Below, piece by piece: positions 55,650 through 64,000 of a stretch of DNA of 64,000 bases. Numbering within the stretch: position 1 is the stretch's first letter; each line of letters opens with the position of its first letter. The DNA is from an uncultured Alphaproteobacteria bacterium (GTDB taxonomy: Bacteria; Pseudomonadota; Alphaproteobacteria; RF32; CAG-239). The DNA is taken from NCBI GenBank assembly GCA_944392155.1, contig CALXVR010000006.1, positions 997 through 64,996 of the forward strand, read 5' to 3'. The position numbers and the translations under genes are program-made. The notes beneath the pieces were generated by a model that saw only the letters and a program-made list of their open reading frames with translations, was not told the origin of the DNA and ran no database searches.

Positions 55650-56219
55650 ATGAAGAATATTTATAAAAATGAACAGAATGGCCGTTCAATGGTTGAAATG
55701 CTCGGTGTGCTTGCGATTATCGGCGTTTTGTCGGTTGGTGGTATTGCAGGTTATTCTAAGGCCATGACTAAGTTTAAGATTAATAAAAGTATGGATCAGG
55801 TTTCCATGTTGGTGGCAAATATTCGTACATTATATTCAGGACAGAGAAACTATTCAGGCTTGAGCAACAAAAATGCCATCAGTTTCGGTATTATTCCGGG
55901 TGAAATGGATGGCGGCGGCTCTGTTATTACAAACGCGTTCGCCGGTAAAGTTACAATTGCCACAGCAGCCGTTAATGGAAATAATGACGCTGCATTCACA
56001 ATTAAGTATGAAGGTTTAGGTCAGGAGGCTTGCGTTACAATGGCAACTTCCGACTGGGGTTCCGGTTCATCTTCAGGTTTGGTTGATATGACTGTATCCG
56101 CAACAGCAACCGGAGGGGCAACTTATTCCGGCACGAGCCTTCCCGTCTCTTTGGTCAATGCCGCGACCAACTGTAATTGCGCTACCGCTGTTTGCTCAAT
56201 TCAGTGGAAATATTTGTAA
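55650..56219 (+). CDS. type IV major pilin 1 (PilS-like)
   Basis: Prepilin leader NEQNG|RSMVEMLGVLAIIGVL, NAFAGKVTI, C-terminal Cys cluster. Confidence 0.9.
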   Translation: MKNIYKNEQNGRSMVEMLGVLAIIGVLSVGGIAGYSKAMTKFKINKSMDQVSMLVANIRTLYSGQRNYSGLSNKNAISFGIIPGEMDGGGSVITNAFAGKVTIATAAVNGNNDAAFTIKYEGLGQEACVTMATSDWGSGSSSGLVDMTVSATATGGATYSGTSLPVSLVNAATNCNCATAVCSIQWKYL

Positions 56220-56231
56220 AAATATTCTTAT

Positions 56232-56265
56232 AAAAAAAAGAACTCCCTTTTGTGGGAGTTTTTTT
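56232..56265 (+). terminator. Rho-independent terminator after pilin 1
   Basis: AAAGAACTCCC-loop-GGGAGTTTTTTT. Confidence 0.8.
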
Positions 56266-56412
56266 AGAAAAAATTATTTACAACAAACAAAAGTCGTATA
56301 TAACTTTTGGCATACACAAAATTATTTATGACTAAAGACAGGATTGTTTGTTAAGATTTTCTTAGGTATATTAGAGTTATAAAGATGGTAGTGTGTTATG
56401 AGGAGAAGAGCA

Positions 56413-56982
56413 ATGAAGAATATTTATAAAAATGAGCAGAGTGGCCGTTCAATGGTTGAAATGCTCGGTGTGCTTGCGATTATCGGCGTTTTGTCAGTTG
56501 GTGGTATTGCCGGTTATTCTAAGGCTATGACTAAATTTAAGATTAATAAAAGTATGGATCAGATTTCCATGTTGGTGGCAAATATCCGTACATTATATTC
56601 AGGACAGAGAAACTATTCAGGCTTGAGCAACAAAAATGCCATCAGTTTCGGTATTATTCCGGGTGAAATGGATGGCGGCGGTTCTGTTATTACAAACGCG
56701 TTCGCCGGTAAAGTTACAATTGCCACAGCAGCCGTTAATGAAAATAAAGACGCTGCATTCACAATTAAGTATGAAGGATTGGGTCGTGAGGCTTGTGTTA
56801 CGATGGCAACTTCTGACTGGGGTTCCGGTTCATCTTCAGGTTTGGTTGATATGAAGGTATCTCCGACTGCGGCAGATGGTAAGACTTATAGTGGTACAAA
56901 CTTACCTGTTGCGTTAACAGAAGCTGCAACGCAGTGTGCTTGTGATACTGCAGTATGTTCTATTACTTGGACGTATTTGTAG
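56413..56982 (+). CDS. type IV pilin 2, near-duplicate of pilin 1
   Basis: AGGAG RBS; near-identical to 55650 at an offset of 763 nt except for the C-terminus. Confidence 0.9.
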   Translation: MKNIYKNEQSGRSMVEMLGVLAIIGVLSVGGIAGYSKAMTKFKINKSMDQISMLVANIRTLYSGQRNYSGLSNKNAISFGIIPGEMDGGGSVITNAFAGKVTIATAAVNENKDAAFTIKYEGLGREACVTMATSDWGSGSSSGLVDMKVSPTAADGKTYSGTNLPVALTEAATQCACDTAVCSITWTYL

Positions 56983-57000
56983 TACATAATTGCTCTTCTT

Positions 57001-57031
57001 GGGTCTCCGTATGTCCTTATTGCGGAGACCC
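57001..57031 (+). terminator. GC-rich hairpin (terminator or attenuator) between pilins 2 and 3
   Basis: GGGTCTCCGTA...TGCGGAGACCC with a weak U-tract. Confidence 0.55.
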
Positions 57032-57064
57032 TTCTATTAAGTGTTGTTCTGAGGACTGACTGCG

Positions 57065-57649
57065 ATGACAAACTTATTTCCTAATCAGTTCGGGCGCTCT
57101 ATGGTGGAGATGATTGGTGTTTTAGCAATTATCGGGGTTTTGTCTATTGCAGGAATAGCCGGTTATTCTAAGGCTATGATTAAGTTTAAGGTTAATAAAA
57201 GCCTTGATCAAATTTCTATGTTAGTTGCTTCTATTCAAACAATTTATTCAGGTCAGCGTAATTATTCCGGACTGACAATGAAACAGGCAATTTCTTATGG
57301 TATTGTTTCCCCCGATATGAAAGCATCGGATTCTTCCGCAACGAACGTCTTTGCCGGCAGCGTCCTCATCAATGAGGCCAGATACAGAGATGAAGATAGC
57401 AAAGCCTTCCAAATCGTATATAACGGCTTGGGACAAGAGGCCTGTGTTACAATGGCTACCTCGAACTGGGGAAACGGTTCTTCCGCAGGGCTTGTCGGCA
57501 TGAGGGTTTCAGACAAAGAAATGACCTTAGCCGAAATGGATGAAAATACTTACACCGGAAAAAAACTACCTATTACCATATCTGAAGCCGTTACAAAATG
57601 TACTTGTCGTGAAGCCGCGACTTGTGCCATAGGCTGGTATTTTCAATAA
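57065..57649 (+). CDS. type IV pilin 3
   Basis: NQFG|RSMVEMIGVLAIIGVL; more diverged paralog. Confidence 0.88.
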   Translation: MTNLFPNQFGRSMVEMIGVLAIIGVLSIAGIAGYSKAMIKFKVNKSLDQISMLVASIQTIYSGQRNYSGLTMKQAISYGIVSPDMKASDSSATNVFAGSVLINEARYRDEDSKAFQIVYNGLGQEACVTMATSNWGNGSSAGLVGMRVSDKEMTLAEMDENTYTGKKLPITISEAVTKCTCREAATCAIGWYFQ

Positions 57650-57729
57650 ACAATCCTTTGTTTTTATTCTTTCTTAAGATATATTATGTTAAGGTTATAA
57701 AAAAATAATGATAACCTTACGAGGATAAT

Positions 57730-58692
57730 ATGGCTAAACTTAATGAAATATTTTTTTCTGATATCTACGTTACTCCGGACAAAACATCTTTTATCAGTGA
57801 CAACAGAACAGAAAATGGATTACAGATTATAAAACCCGACGATTTCGATATTTTTTATGACTTGCTTCAAAAGTCTTGGGACGGGCATAATCCCAGCTAT
57901 TCTGTTCTTTATGAAAATACATTTTATCGTGTAGAACGCACAGTTTCTTTATATGGTATTCAATATTGTGCTCGTAAAATGCCTCAAAAGATTCCTCCTT
58001 TTGCATCTTTGGGTTTTAGTCATGAATTAACAACCTATCTGCTTTCTCTCAGCAATGCATCCGGTCTTATCCTTTGGTCTGGTCCGACCGGCGCAGGTAA
58101 AACGACCTCAATTTCAAGTCTTTTAAAAGAGTTTTTGACTATGGAAGGCGGCTTTGCTTATACAATCGAAGACCCGTCAGAAATGCCTTTGGACGGTGTT
58201 TATCATTCCATGGGCGGAAGTCTCGGTTTGTGTAAACAAACTTTGCCGCCTAACGGAAATTGGGGCGAAGGTCTTAAATCTGCATTACGTTCTAAACCAC
58301 GTTATATTATGGTGGGCGAGATACGTACGCCTGACACAGCAAGTGAGGTTTTGCGTGCAGCTACTTCCGGACACCTTGTTCTCTCAACTATCCACGCTAA
58401 CAATATTACCGATGCCATTAACTCTGTGGTTAAATATGCCGCGTCAACAAGTATGAGTGAAGAATTGGCTTACGACTTGTTCTCGCGCGGTATGCTTGGC
58501 GTATTGCACCAAACTTTGAACGGAATTGATCGTAAGTTGCCGTTAGTCAGCTACTTATTTGCGAATCCGGATACGACTAAAGGCGATCAGGTTCGCGGAA
58601 TAATTAAGAGCGGTAAACTAAATCTTGCAACTTCAATTGAAACCCAGATGACCCGAATGGCCAGAGGCAAGAACATGTTCCCTGACTTATGA
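57730..58692 (+). CDS. PilT/BfpF-like retraction-type ATPase
   Basis: SDIY, GPTGAGKTT, TIEDPSE, ALRSKPRYIMVGEIR, SGHLVLSTIHA; 320 aa with no Zn motif. Confidence 0.82.
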   Translation: MAKLNEIFFSDIYVTPDKTSFISDNRTENGLQIIKPDDFDIFYDLLQKSWDGHNPSYSVLYENTFYRVERTVSLYGIQYCARKMPQKIPPFASLGFSHELTTYLLSLSNASGLILWSGPTGAGKTTSISSLLKEFLTMEGGFAYTIEDPSEMPLDGVYHSMGGSLGLCKQTLPPNGNWGEGLKSALRSKPRYIMVGEIRTPDTASEVLRAATSGHLVLSTIHANNITDAINSVVKYAASTSMSEELAYDLFSRGMLGVLHQTLNGIDRKLPLVSYLFANPDTTKGDQVRGIIKSGKLNLATSIETQMTRMARGKNMFPDL

Positions 58693-59187
58693 TGCGGAGG
58701 GTTCTCTGTAATATTTTGAAACGCTGAATATCAGGCCGCGGATATGTTCCCCGGCCTGAGTGTCTTTTATACGCTCATAAGCCTTGGCTAGCTTTATAAA
58801 GTCCGAATCTTGCATGATATCATTTTTTATCGGGTTTTCTTGCTCTACCTGCTCAAGATTTTCTGACAAGATAATATTACGCGGGCTTTGTTTGCTTATC
58901 TCTTCATCCATACCCATAAAAAAGTAGTTGGCATCGACCCCAAGAATTTGCATTATATCCCATAATCGGCTTGCACCAATACGATTTAAGCCTCTTTCAT
59001 ATTTTTGAACTTGCTGAAAGGTTATGCCCATTTTCTTAGACAAAGCCTCTTGTGAAAGACCTAAAAGCCGACGGCGGATACGAATACGCTGACCAATATA
59101 CACGTCAATAGGATTGGGCGCTCCGGTTTCCGTGCGTCCTCGTGACATTTTATACATATTCGGATTAGATTCTGCTGTGCGAACCAT
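58687..59187 (-). CDS. XRE-family HTH transcriptional regulator
   Basis: PNPIDVYIGQRIR...LSQEAL...ITFQQVQKYERGLNRI; RBS GAGGGAG before the ATG at 59187. Confidence 0.9.
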   Translation of the reverse strand: MVRTAESNPNMYKMSRGRTETGAPNPIDVYIGQRIRIRRRLLGLSQEALSKKMGITFQQVQKYERGLNRIGASRLWDIMQILGVDANYFFMGMDEEISKQSPRNIILSENLEQVEQENPIKNDIMQDSDFIKLAKAYERIKDTQAGEHIRGLIFSVSKYYREPSAS

Positions 59188-59314
59188 TGAACTATTCTCC
59201 CTCAAAAAAAATTGAGACCAAACGATAGCCGAAAGTCGGCAGCTAGCGTATCATAAAAAAGCAATTGTGTTTATGCTACTTTAAATCCCTTTTTTTGACA
59301 AGCAAAAAGCTTTC

Positions 59315-59746
59315 TCAATCCCACGGGAATACTATCCACGAATCCGGCATCTCTCTTGTAAAGACATCTACGTATGACTTGCCTTTACTTTTTGCGTAAA
59401 CGGACACGAAACAAGCTTTAGGGAACATTTGGCGCAAAAGATTAAATGTGTTGCCCGTGTCGGAAAGGTCATCTATAACAAGGGTGCGTTCATCAACGAT
59501 GCCAACCTCCGCCGGTTTTATTTCAAAACAATTTTGTTGCCGTTGTTTCTCTCCGTCATAAGTTGACATATTAACAACTTCCGTATCACGAATATTTAAT
59601 TCATAAGCAACAATTCCTGCCGGTAAAAGCCCTCCGCGGCTTACCGCTATAATCTTATTATACTGCCCTTTTGCTTTAATTTTTGAGCAAAGTTCTTTGG
59701 TGTCTTTATGAAATTCATCCCATGTTATGTATAATTTCTCAGTCAT
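59315..59746 (-). CDS. gpt: xanthine-guanine phosphoribosyltransferase
   Basis: ITWDEFHKD, IIAVSRGGL, LVIDDLSDTGNT, WIVFPWD. Confidence 0.88.
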   Translation of the reverse strand: MTEKLYITWDEFHKDTKELCSKIKAKGQYNKIIAVSRGGLLPAGIVAYELNIRDTEVVNMSTYDGEKQRQQNCFEIKPAEVGIVDERTLVIDDLSDTGNTFNLLRQMFPKACFVSVYAKSKGKSYVDVFTREMPDSWIVFPWD

Positions 59747-59755
59747 AACCGCCTC

Positions 59756-60283
59756 TTAAATGTGTTCCGCTTTTATTTTATATATGTATTCGACAACTTT
59801 ATCATCATCCCATTCCGCAGAACCACGCAATCGCCCGATTTCCTTACTGTCCTTATTGATGAGCACCGTGTTTGGCGAGGTAAAAATTCCGAAATCAGAC
59901 GCCAGCTGTCCGTTTATGTCTGTATAAGCTTCTAAATCACCGGCGTGATATTTTTTCAACATCTTTTTCATTTCATCAACATTATTCCACTCCGTATCCG
60001 GAGATACGAGAATAACTTTGATGCCGTCATTTGCCACGATTTGCTGGTAGCGCCACAAGTTATCCAACTCTCGCAGGCAAGGCGCACAATAACGAGACCA
60101 AAAAACCACAAGTAAAAAGTTTCCTTCAAAATCCGTTAAATTAACCTTCTTACCAGTATATCCGTATATCGGGCGGGAAGGGATGTCTCGAGGTTCATCA
60201 TATATATTTACGCCTCGCTCTTCTGCGGAAGCAATGCCGAAAGTTGACACAAGAATCAAAAAAGCAAACCAAAATTTTTTCAT
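59756..60283 (-). CDS. TlpA-like periplasmic thiol-disulfide oxidoreductase
   Basis: Signal peptide, FWSRYCAPCLREL, cis-Pro SPNT, GRLRGSAEWD. Confidence 0.88.
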   Translation of the reverse strand: MKKFWFAFLILVSTFGIASAEERGVNIYDEPRDIPSRPIYGYTGKKVNLTDFEGNFLLVVFWSRYCAPCLRELDNLWRYQQIVANDGIKVILVSPDTEWNNVDEMKKMLKKYHAGDLEAYTDINGQLASDFGIFTSPNTVLINKDSKEIGRLRGSAEWDDDKVVEYIYKIKAEHI

Positions 60284-60382
60284 GCCGCCCCTATTAATAA
60301 CTTGTTTTTTAATTTTGTATTTACTCGCTTTTAAGAGTATATAAATATAATGTTTATTAATACAAGGAAAAGGTTAATAAAA

Positions 60383-60508
60383 ATGAAAAACGGTTTAAGA
60401 GTTTTGGCTTTCATTGCTCTTGTTTTCTGTATTGCTTCCTGCGGAAAAATGTCTGAGCCTTCCCCTATTGAGGGTAGCGGATATCCTCATACATATCCCC
60501 GCCGTTAA
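60383..60508 (+). CDS. 41-aa lipoprotein (LptM/YifL-like), absent from the ORF track
   Basis: MKNGLRVLAFIALVFCIASCGKMSEPSPIEGSGYPHTYPRR; lipobox IASC. Confidence 0.7.
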   Translation: MKNGLRVLAFIALVFCIASCGKMSEPSPIEGSGYPHTYPRR

Positions 60509-60529
60509 TTTTTGTTGTTGGAGCATAAT

Positions 60530-61222
60530 ATGGTTGAGAACAATAATCTGACAAACGATATGATTCCATATGTGGAATTTGCTGACAACGCTAATGAACG
60601 CACGCCTTGCGTGTTGGTATTAGACTGTTCCGGGTCTATGCGTGGCGAGCCTATTAAGCAGCTCAATGCCGGACTTAAAGCTCTTGAAAAAGAGTTAAAA
60701 GAAGACATTGATGCCAGCTCTCGTGTGCAGCTTCTGATTATTAAAGCCTTTGGAAAAGATGAGGCCGTAATCGCATCAGATTGGATTGATGCAATGAATT
60801 TTGAGGCTCCGGAAATGGAAGCCGGCGGCTTGACGCCTCTCGGCAAAGCCATGGAATTAGCTCTGCAAAAAATTGAAGAGCAAAAATGTCTTTATGACAG
60901 TTGCGGAATTACATCCAAGCGTCCTTGGATTTTCTTAATCTCTGACGGTGAGCCAACAGATTATGATTGGGAAATTATTGCAGAAAAATGCCGTTATGCG
61001 CAAAAAAATAAAAAAGTCGTTGTCCATGCCGTTGGAACTCAAGGCGCGAATCTTGAAAAGCTGGCCAAGTTTTCTTTAATGTCGCCCAAACGCTTAACAG
61101 GTCTTAAGTTTACTGAGTTTTTCCTTTGGCTCAGCCGCAGTGTTTCCTGTATATCTAAAGCGGCTCCGAATATTCCTGACCAGTTGGAAGATACCGGAGA
61201 CTGGGATGAAAATGAAAATTAA
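60530..61222 (+). CDS. terY: TerY/YegL-type vWA protein
   Basis: ERTPCVLVLDCSGSM MIDAS, GGLTPLG, RPWIFLISDGEPTD, FFLWLSRS. Confidence 0.9.
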   Translation: MVENNNLTNDMIPYVEFADNANERTPCVLVLDCSGSMRGEPIKQLNAGLKALEKELKEDIDASSRVQLLIIKAFGKDEAVIASDWIDAMNFEAPEMEAGGLTPLGKAMELALQKIEEQKCLYDSCGITSKRPWIFLISDGEPTDYDWEIIAEKCRYAQKNKKVVVHAVGTQGANLEKLAKFSLMSPKRLTGLKFTEFFLWLSRSVSCISKAAPNIPDQLEDTGDWDENEN

Positions 61223-61958
61223 TCAGAAAATACGCGCTCTGGCAACAAGTATCACAGGTCCTTTACACGAGGCAAGAAATATGCCTTGTCAGGATTGTTT
61301 TCGTTATACCAACAAAGGGAAGAATTTTGTTGCCGTGGTTTCTGACGGTGCCGGATCTGCAAAGTTTGGCAAAATCGGTGCCAGAATAATTTGTGAAACA
61401 ATCGGCGATTTACTTGCAAATGCCAATTTTGCAAATATTCGCCACGCAATAATTAATGCCATTGAGGTTTCCCGCGGCAAATTATTACGCCATCGCTTCA
61501 ATAAAACAAAAGACGAAGAAGGAATTAATGATTTTGCAGCAACCCTAGTCGGAACTGTTTGTTTGGGAAAAAAAGGCATCTTTTTTCATATCGGCGACGG
61601 AGCCGCTTTGGCCTTAGATGAACACAACCCCGAAAATTTTGTTGCTTCCCGCCCTGAAAACGGCTTTTTTTCCTGCGAGACATATTTTTATACAATGGAT
61701 GATTGGAAAGAAAATTTACGTTTTACGGCTTTTGAAAATGCCGATGCCATTTTTTTGATGAGTGATGGAGTTACCAGTTTTGCTTTTTCCAAAGACTTCC
61801 GAAGAATCGAGAAAAAATTTATTTATCCCATACATGAATATTTGAGTAAAGAGACACAAAAAGCCCGAGCTATTCGTGCGTTGAACAACACCCTTAATAC
61901 GCCGGACGCCAAAAGGCTTAATAATGATGACAAAACTTTATTTTGGGCGAAGCTATGA
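61206..61958 (+). CDS. PP2C-family Ser/Thr phosphatase (YegK-like)
   Basis: SITGPLH...PCQD, VSDGAGSA, HIGDG, LMSDG, DDKT. Confidence 0.9.
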   Translation: MKMKINQKIRALATSITGPLHEARNMPCQDCFRYTNKGKNFVAVVSDGAGSAKFGKIGARIICETIGDLLANANFANIRHAIINAIEVSRGKLLRHRFNKTKDEEGINDFAATLVGTVCLGKKGIFFHIGDGAALALDEHNPENFVASRPENGFFSCETYFYTMDDWKENLRFTAFENADAIFLMSDGVTSFAFSKDFRRIEKKFIYPIHEYLSKETQKARAIRALNNTLNTPDAKRLNNDDKTLFWAKL

Positions 61959-63421
61959 CAGATACGGCGGAAGAACAAAATTCAATCTATAATGCGATTT
62001 ATGCTGACGGACATTTTGAAAAAGTTCGTCTAGGGAAACTTATCCATAAAGGAGGAGCCGCCGGAAAAATTTATATGAATGCCGGAAATCCTAATAGTGT
62101 CGCTAAAATATTTCATAAAAAAAGCAAAAGCTCAACAAACAGAAAAAAACTTGAAGCAATGCTTCTTAACCGCCCGAATTTTCCGCCTGTGGTTAAAGAC
62201 GGTATTGAATATGTGCAAATTGCTTGGCCCGATGCCCTCTTGGAAGATGAAAACGGATTTTGCGTCGGCTATTTGATGCCGCTGATTAATATGAGCGAAG
62301 CCGTTTCTTTAGACCACCTAATGCAAAAAGCCATACGCAAAAAACTCAAGCTTTCCGAAAAATATTCATACAGAATCTTTGCCGCTTACAATATTGCGTC
62401 GATGGTTGCAGCGCTTCATACTTGCGGGCACTATATCGTTGATCTCAAACCTTCAAATGTTTCCGTTTATAAGGATACAATGATGGTCGCCATGGTCGAT
62501 TGCGACGGGTTTTCCATTAAAGGCGAATTGGGGAGATATCCGGCGGAATTTGTCAGCGAAGAATATATTTATCCTGAAGGAATGGATTTATCTTGCGAAG
62601 AGATGGGCGAAGAACAAGATAAGTTTGCCTTGGCCGTCATAATATTTAAGCTTCTAAACAATGGCATACATCCGTTTTCAGGCGTTCCTCGCAAAAATGA
62701 AGGTGAAATGCTTACTATTCAGAACCGTATAGAACAATATCATTACGCTTATGGCTTGTGGCCGGATACTTATCAAGCTCCCCACCCCTATTCTATCCAT
62801 GAATATTTTGATAAAAAAACCTTGGAGATGTTTGAACGGGCTTTTGTTAAAGGAGGAGCCAGACCAACGGCAAAAGAGTGGCAAGAACACTTACATTATT
62901 TGATGCATAATATTAAGCCTTGCCGGAAAGATCCTAACCATGCTTATTTTACGGCTAAAGGTTGCGGCTTATGTGTTGCAGAAGAGCGTTTTAAGGAAAC
63001 TCTTTTAGGAATAAAAAAACAACGCGAAACGCCCCAGATGGTTCGAGGAATGGAGATATCCTCTCTTTCTGTTGAAAATCTGCGCAAGAACAAAGAAGAG
63101 AAAAAAATCGAAGATGAACGTCTTCGCCATATTTCCTATGCCGCCATTGCGGTTTATATGGTCTTTTTTACTTTTTTGTTCAAAATTCTTTCACCCATTG
63201 AAACTTTAATTCGAGATGCCGGACTGGGGATTCAGGCAATTATTACAACATTTATAATGCTTGGAATAAACAAAGTTCTTCATGATGCAGAAAAGAAAAT
63301 TACCTTATTTCAAAACAAGGCATTAACACAAATGCTACAAGTGTATGCTTTGATTTGTATGATTATTGCTTTGGTTACCATTGACCAAATTCCTCAGGGA
63401 TTGTTAGAGTTGGCATATTGA
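61955..63421 (+). CDS. Ser/Thr kinase (YegI-like) with C-terminal TM segments
   Basis: GGAAGKIY, VAKIF, IAWP, GYLMP, DLKPSN, DCDG, DKFALAV, GIHPF; ATGA overlap with the phosphatase. Confidence 0.88.
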   Translation: MTDTAEEQNSIYNAIYADGHFEKVRLGKLIHKGGAAGKIYMNAGNPNSVAKIFHKKSKSSTNRKKLEAMLLNRPNFPPVVKDGIEYVQIAWPDALLEDENGFCVGYLMPLINMSEAVSLDHLMQKAIRKKLKLSEKYSYRIFAAYNIASMVAALHTCGHYIVDLKPSNVSVYKDTMMVAMVDCDGFSIKGELGRYPAEFVSEEYIYPEGMDLSCEEMGEEQDKFALAVIIFKLLNNGIHPFSGVPRKNEGEMLTIQNRIEQYHYAYGLWPDTYQAPHPYSIHEYFDKKTLEMFERAFVKGGARPTAKEWQEHLHYLMHNIKPCRKDPNHAYFTAKGCGLCVAEERFKETLLGIKKQRETPQMVRGMEISSLSVENLRKNKEEKKIEDERLRHISYAAIAVYMVFFTFLFKILSPIETLIRDAGLGIQAIITTFIMLGINKVLHDAEKKITLFQNKALTQMLQVYALICMIIALVTIDQIPQGLLELAY

Positions 63422-63516
63422 ACAAAATTGTAACAAAACTGCAACATTTTAGTGTAATTTAAAAAAATATATGCTATATATTGTCCTGATTAATGAATTT
63501 TATAAGGAAAAAGGCA

Positions 63517-64000
63517 TTGAAACAATTAAATCCGATCATGATTTCAGGCAAAGAAGTTTTGCCTTTGATTGAGGGTGGAAAAGGCATTAACGGTAGTGAT
63601 GGGCGCAGCTCCGGCTCTTGGGCCAAAGAGAACTGCGTCGGAACGTTTTCCGGTGTCAGCCCTGATTTTTATGACAGCAAAGGAAACGTGATTATTGAAA
63701 CTTTCCATAAGAAAAACCGTGCCGAACGCCATGAGGAAATGATTGAATATGCCATCAGAGGCGGTGTTGCCCAAGCACAAGTTGCTCATGAGGTTTCTAA
63801 CGGAAACGGACGTATTCATATGAATATGCTTTGGGAAATGGCTGATTCCGAAAGAATTTTGAGCGGTGTTTTAGAAAAAGCCAAGGGTTTAATCCATGGT
63901 GTTACATGCGGTGCCGGTCTTCCGTATCATTTGGGTGAATTAGCGTCTCGTTTCGGCGTCTACTATTATCCGATTGTTTCTTCCGCCCGCGCTTTTCAAG
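63517..64000 (+). CDS. nitronate monooxygenase-family flavoprotein, 3'-truncated by the window
   Basis: Own translation from TTG: SGKEVLPLIEGGKG...GTFSG...MNMLWEM...VTCGAGLPY...YPIVSSARAF. Confidence 0.85.
   Translation, partial: MKQLNPIMISGKEVLPLIEGGKGINGSDGRSSGSWAKENCVGTFSGVSPDFYDSKGNVIIETFHKKNRAERHEEMIEYAIRGGVAQAQVAHEVSNGNGRIHMNMLWEMADSERILSGVLEKAKGLIHGVTCGAGLPYHLGELASRFGVYYYPIVSSARAFQ

Noticed and set aside
55650..56982. Diversity-generating retroelement TR/VR pair or shufflon
   Set aside because: Differences between the copies are mostly synonymous and not adenine-specific; no reverse transcriptase, Rci recombinase, pilV or sfx repeats
17593..58692. Conjugative plasmid or ICE call
   Set aside because: No relaxase, VirD4/T4CP, integrase, rep/par genes or att repeats are seen and the flanks are housekeeping genes. 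These could still lie outside the window.
63544..63819. 91-aa minus-strand ORF in the track
   Set aside because: It overlaps the recognisable plus-strand nitronate monooxygenase-family gene that runs off the window

Overview
AT-rich bacterial chromosomal window, most likely Alphaproteobacteria (inferred from the XRE regulator, gpt, nitronate-monooxygenase-type gene and CtrA-like boxes). About 58 kb is one envelope-machine locus. It carries a heavily remodelled VirB-type type IV secretion system: on the minus strand virB2, virB2, a giant virB2 fusion, virB3, virB4, four virB5-position genes, virB8, virB7, virB8, virB9-SPOR, a repeat protein, giant virB10 and virB11; on the plus strand, four tandem virB6-like genes, one fused to an M23 peptidase. 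This is transcribed divergently from a type IVb pilus operon (OmpA-like, TcpQ, PilN, PilO, PilP, PilQ, PilR, four pilin-like genes, retraction-type ATPase). Between the T4SS blocks lie a double-HTH regulator and a small operon with an acidic tandem-repeat protein and a second, degenerate secretin. No relaxase, VirD4, VirB1, integrase, transposase, prepilin peptidase, CRISPR, tRNA or rRNA is visible. The right end holds housekeeping genes and a TerY-phosphorylation triad. My best interpretation (inference) is a domesticated, non-conjugative, possibly cell-cycle-regulated T4SS plus T4b-pilus apparatus for contact with a host or prey cell. All family calls come from motifs read by eye, not from database searches.
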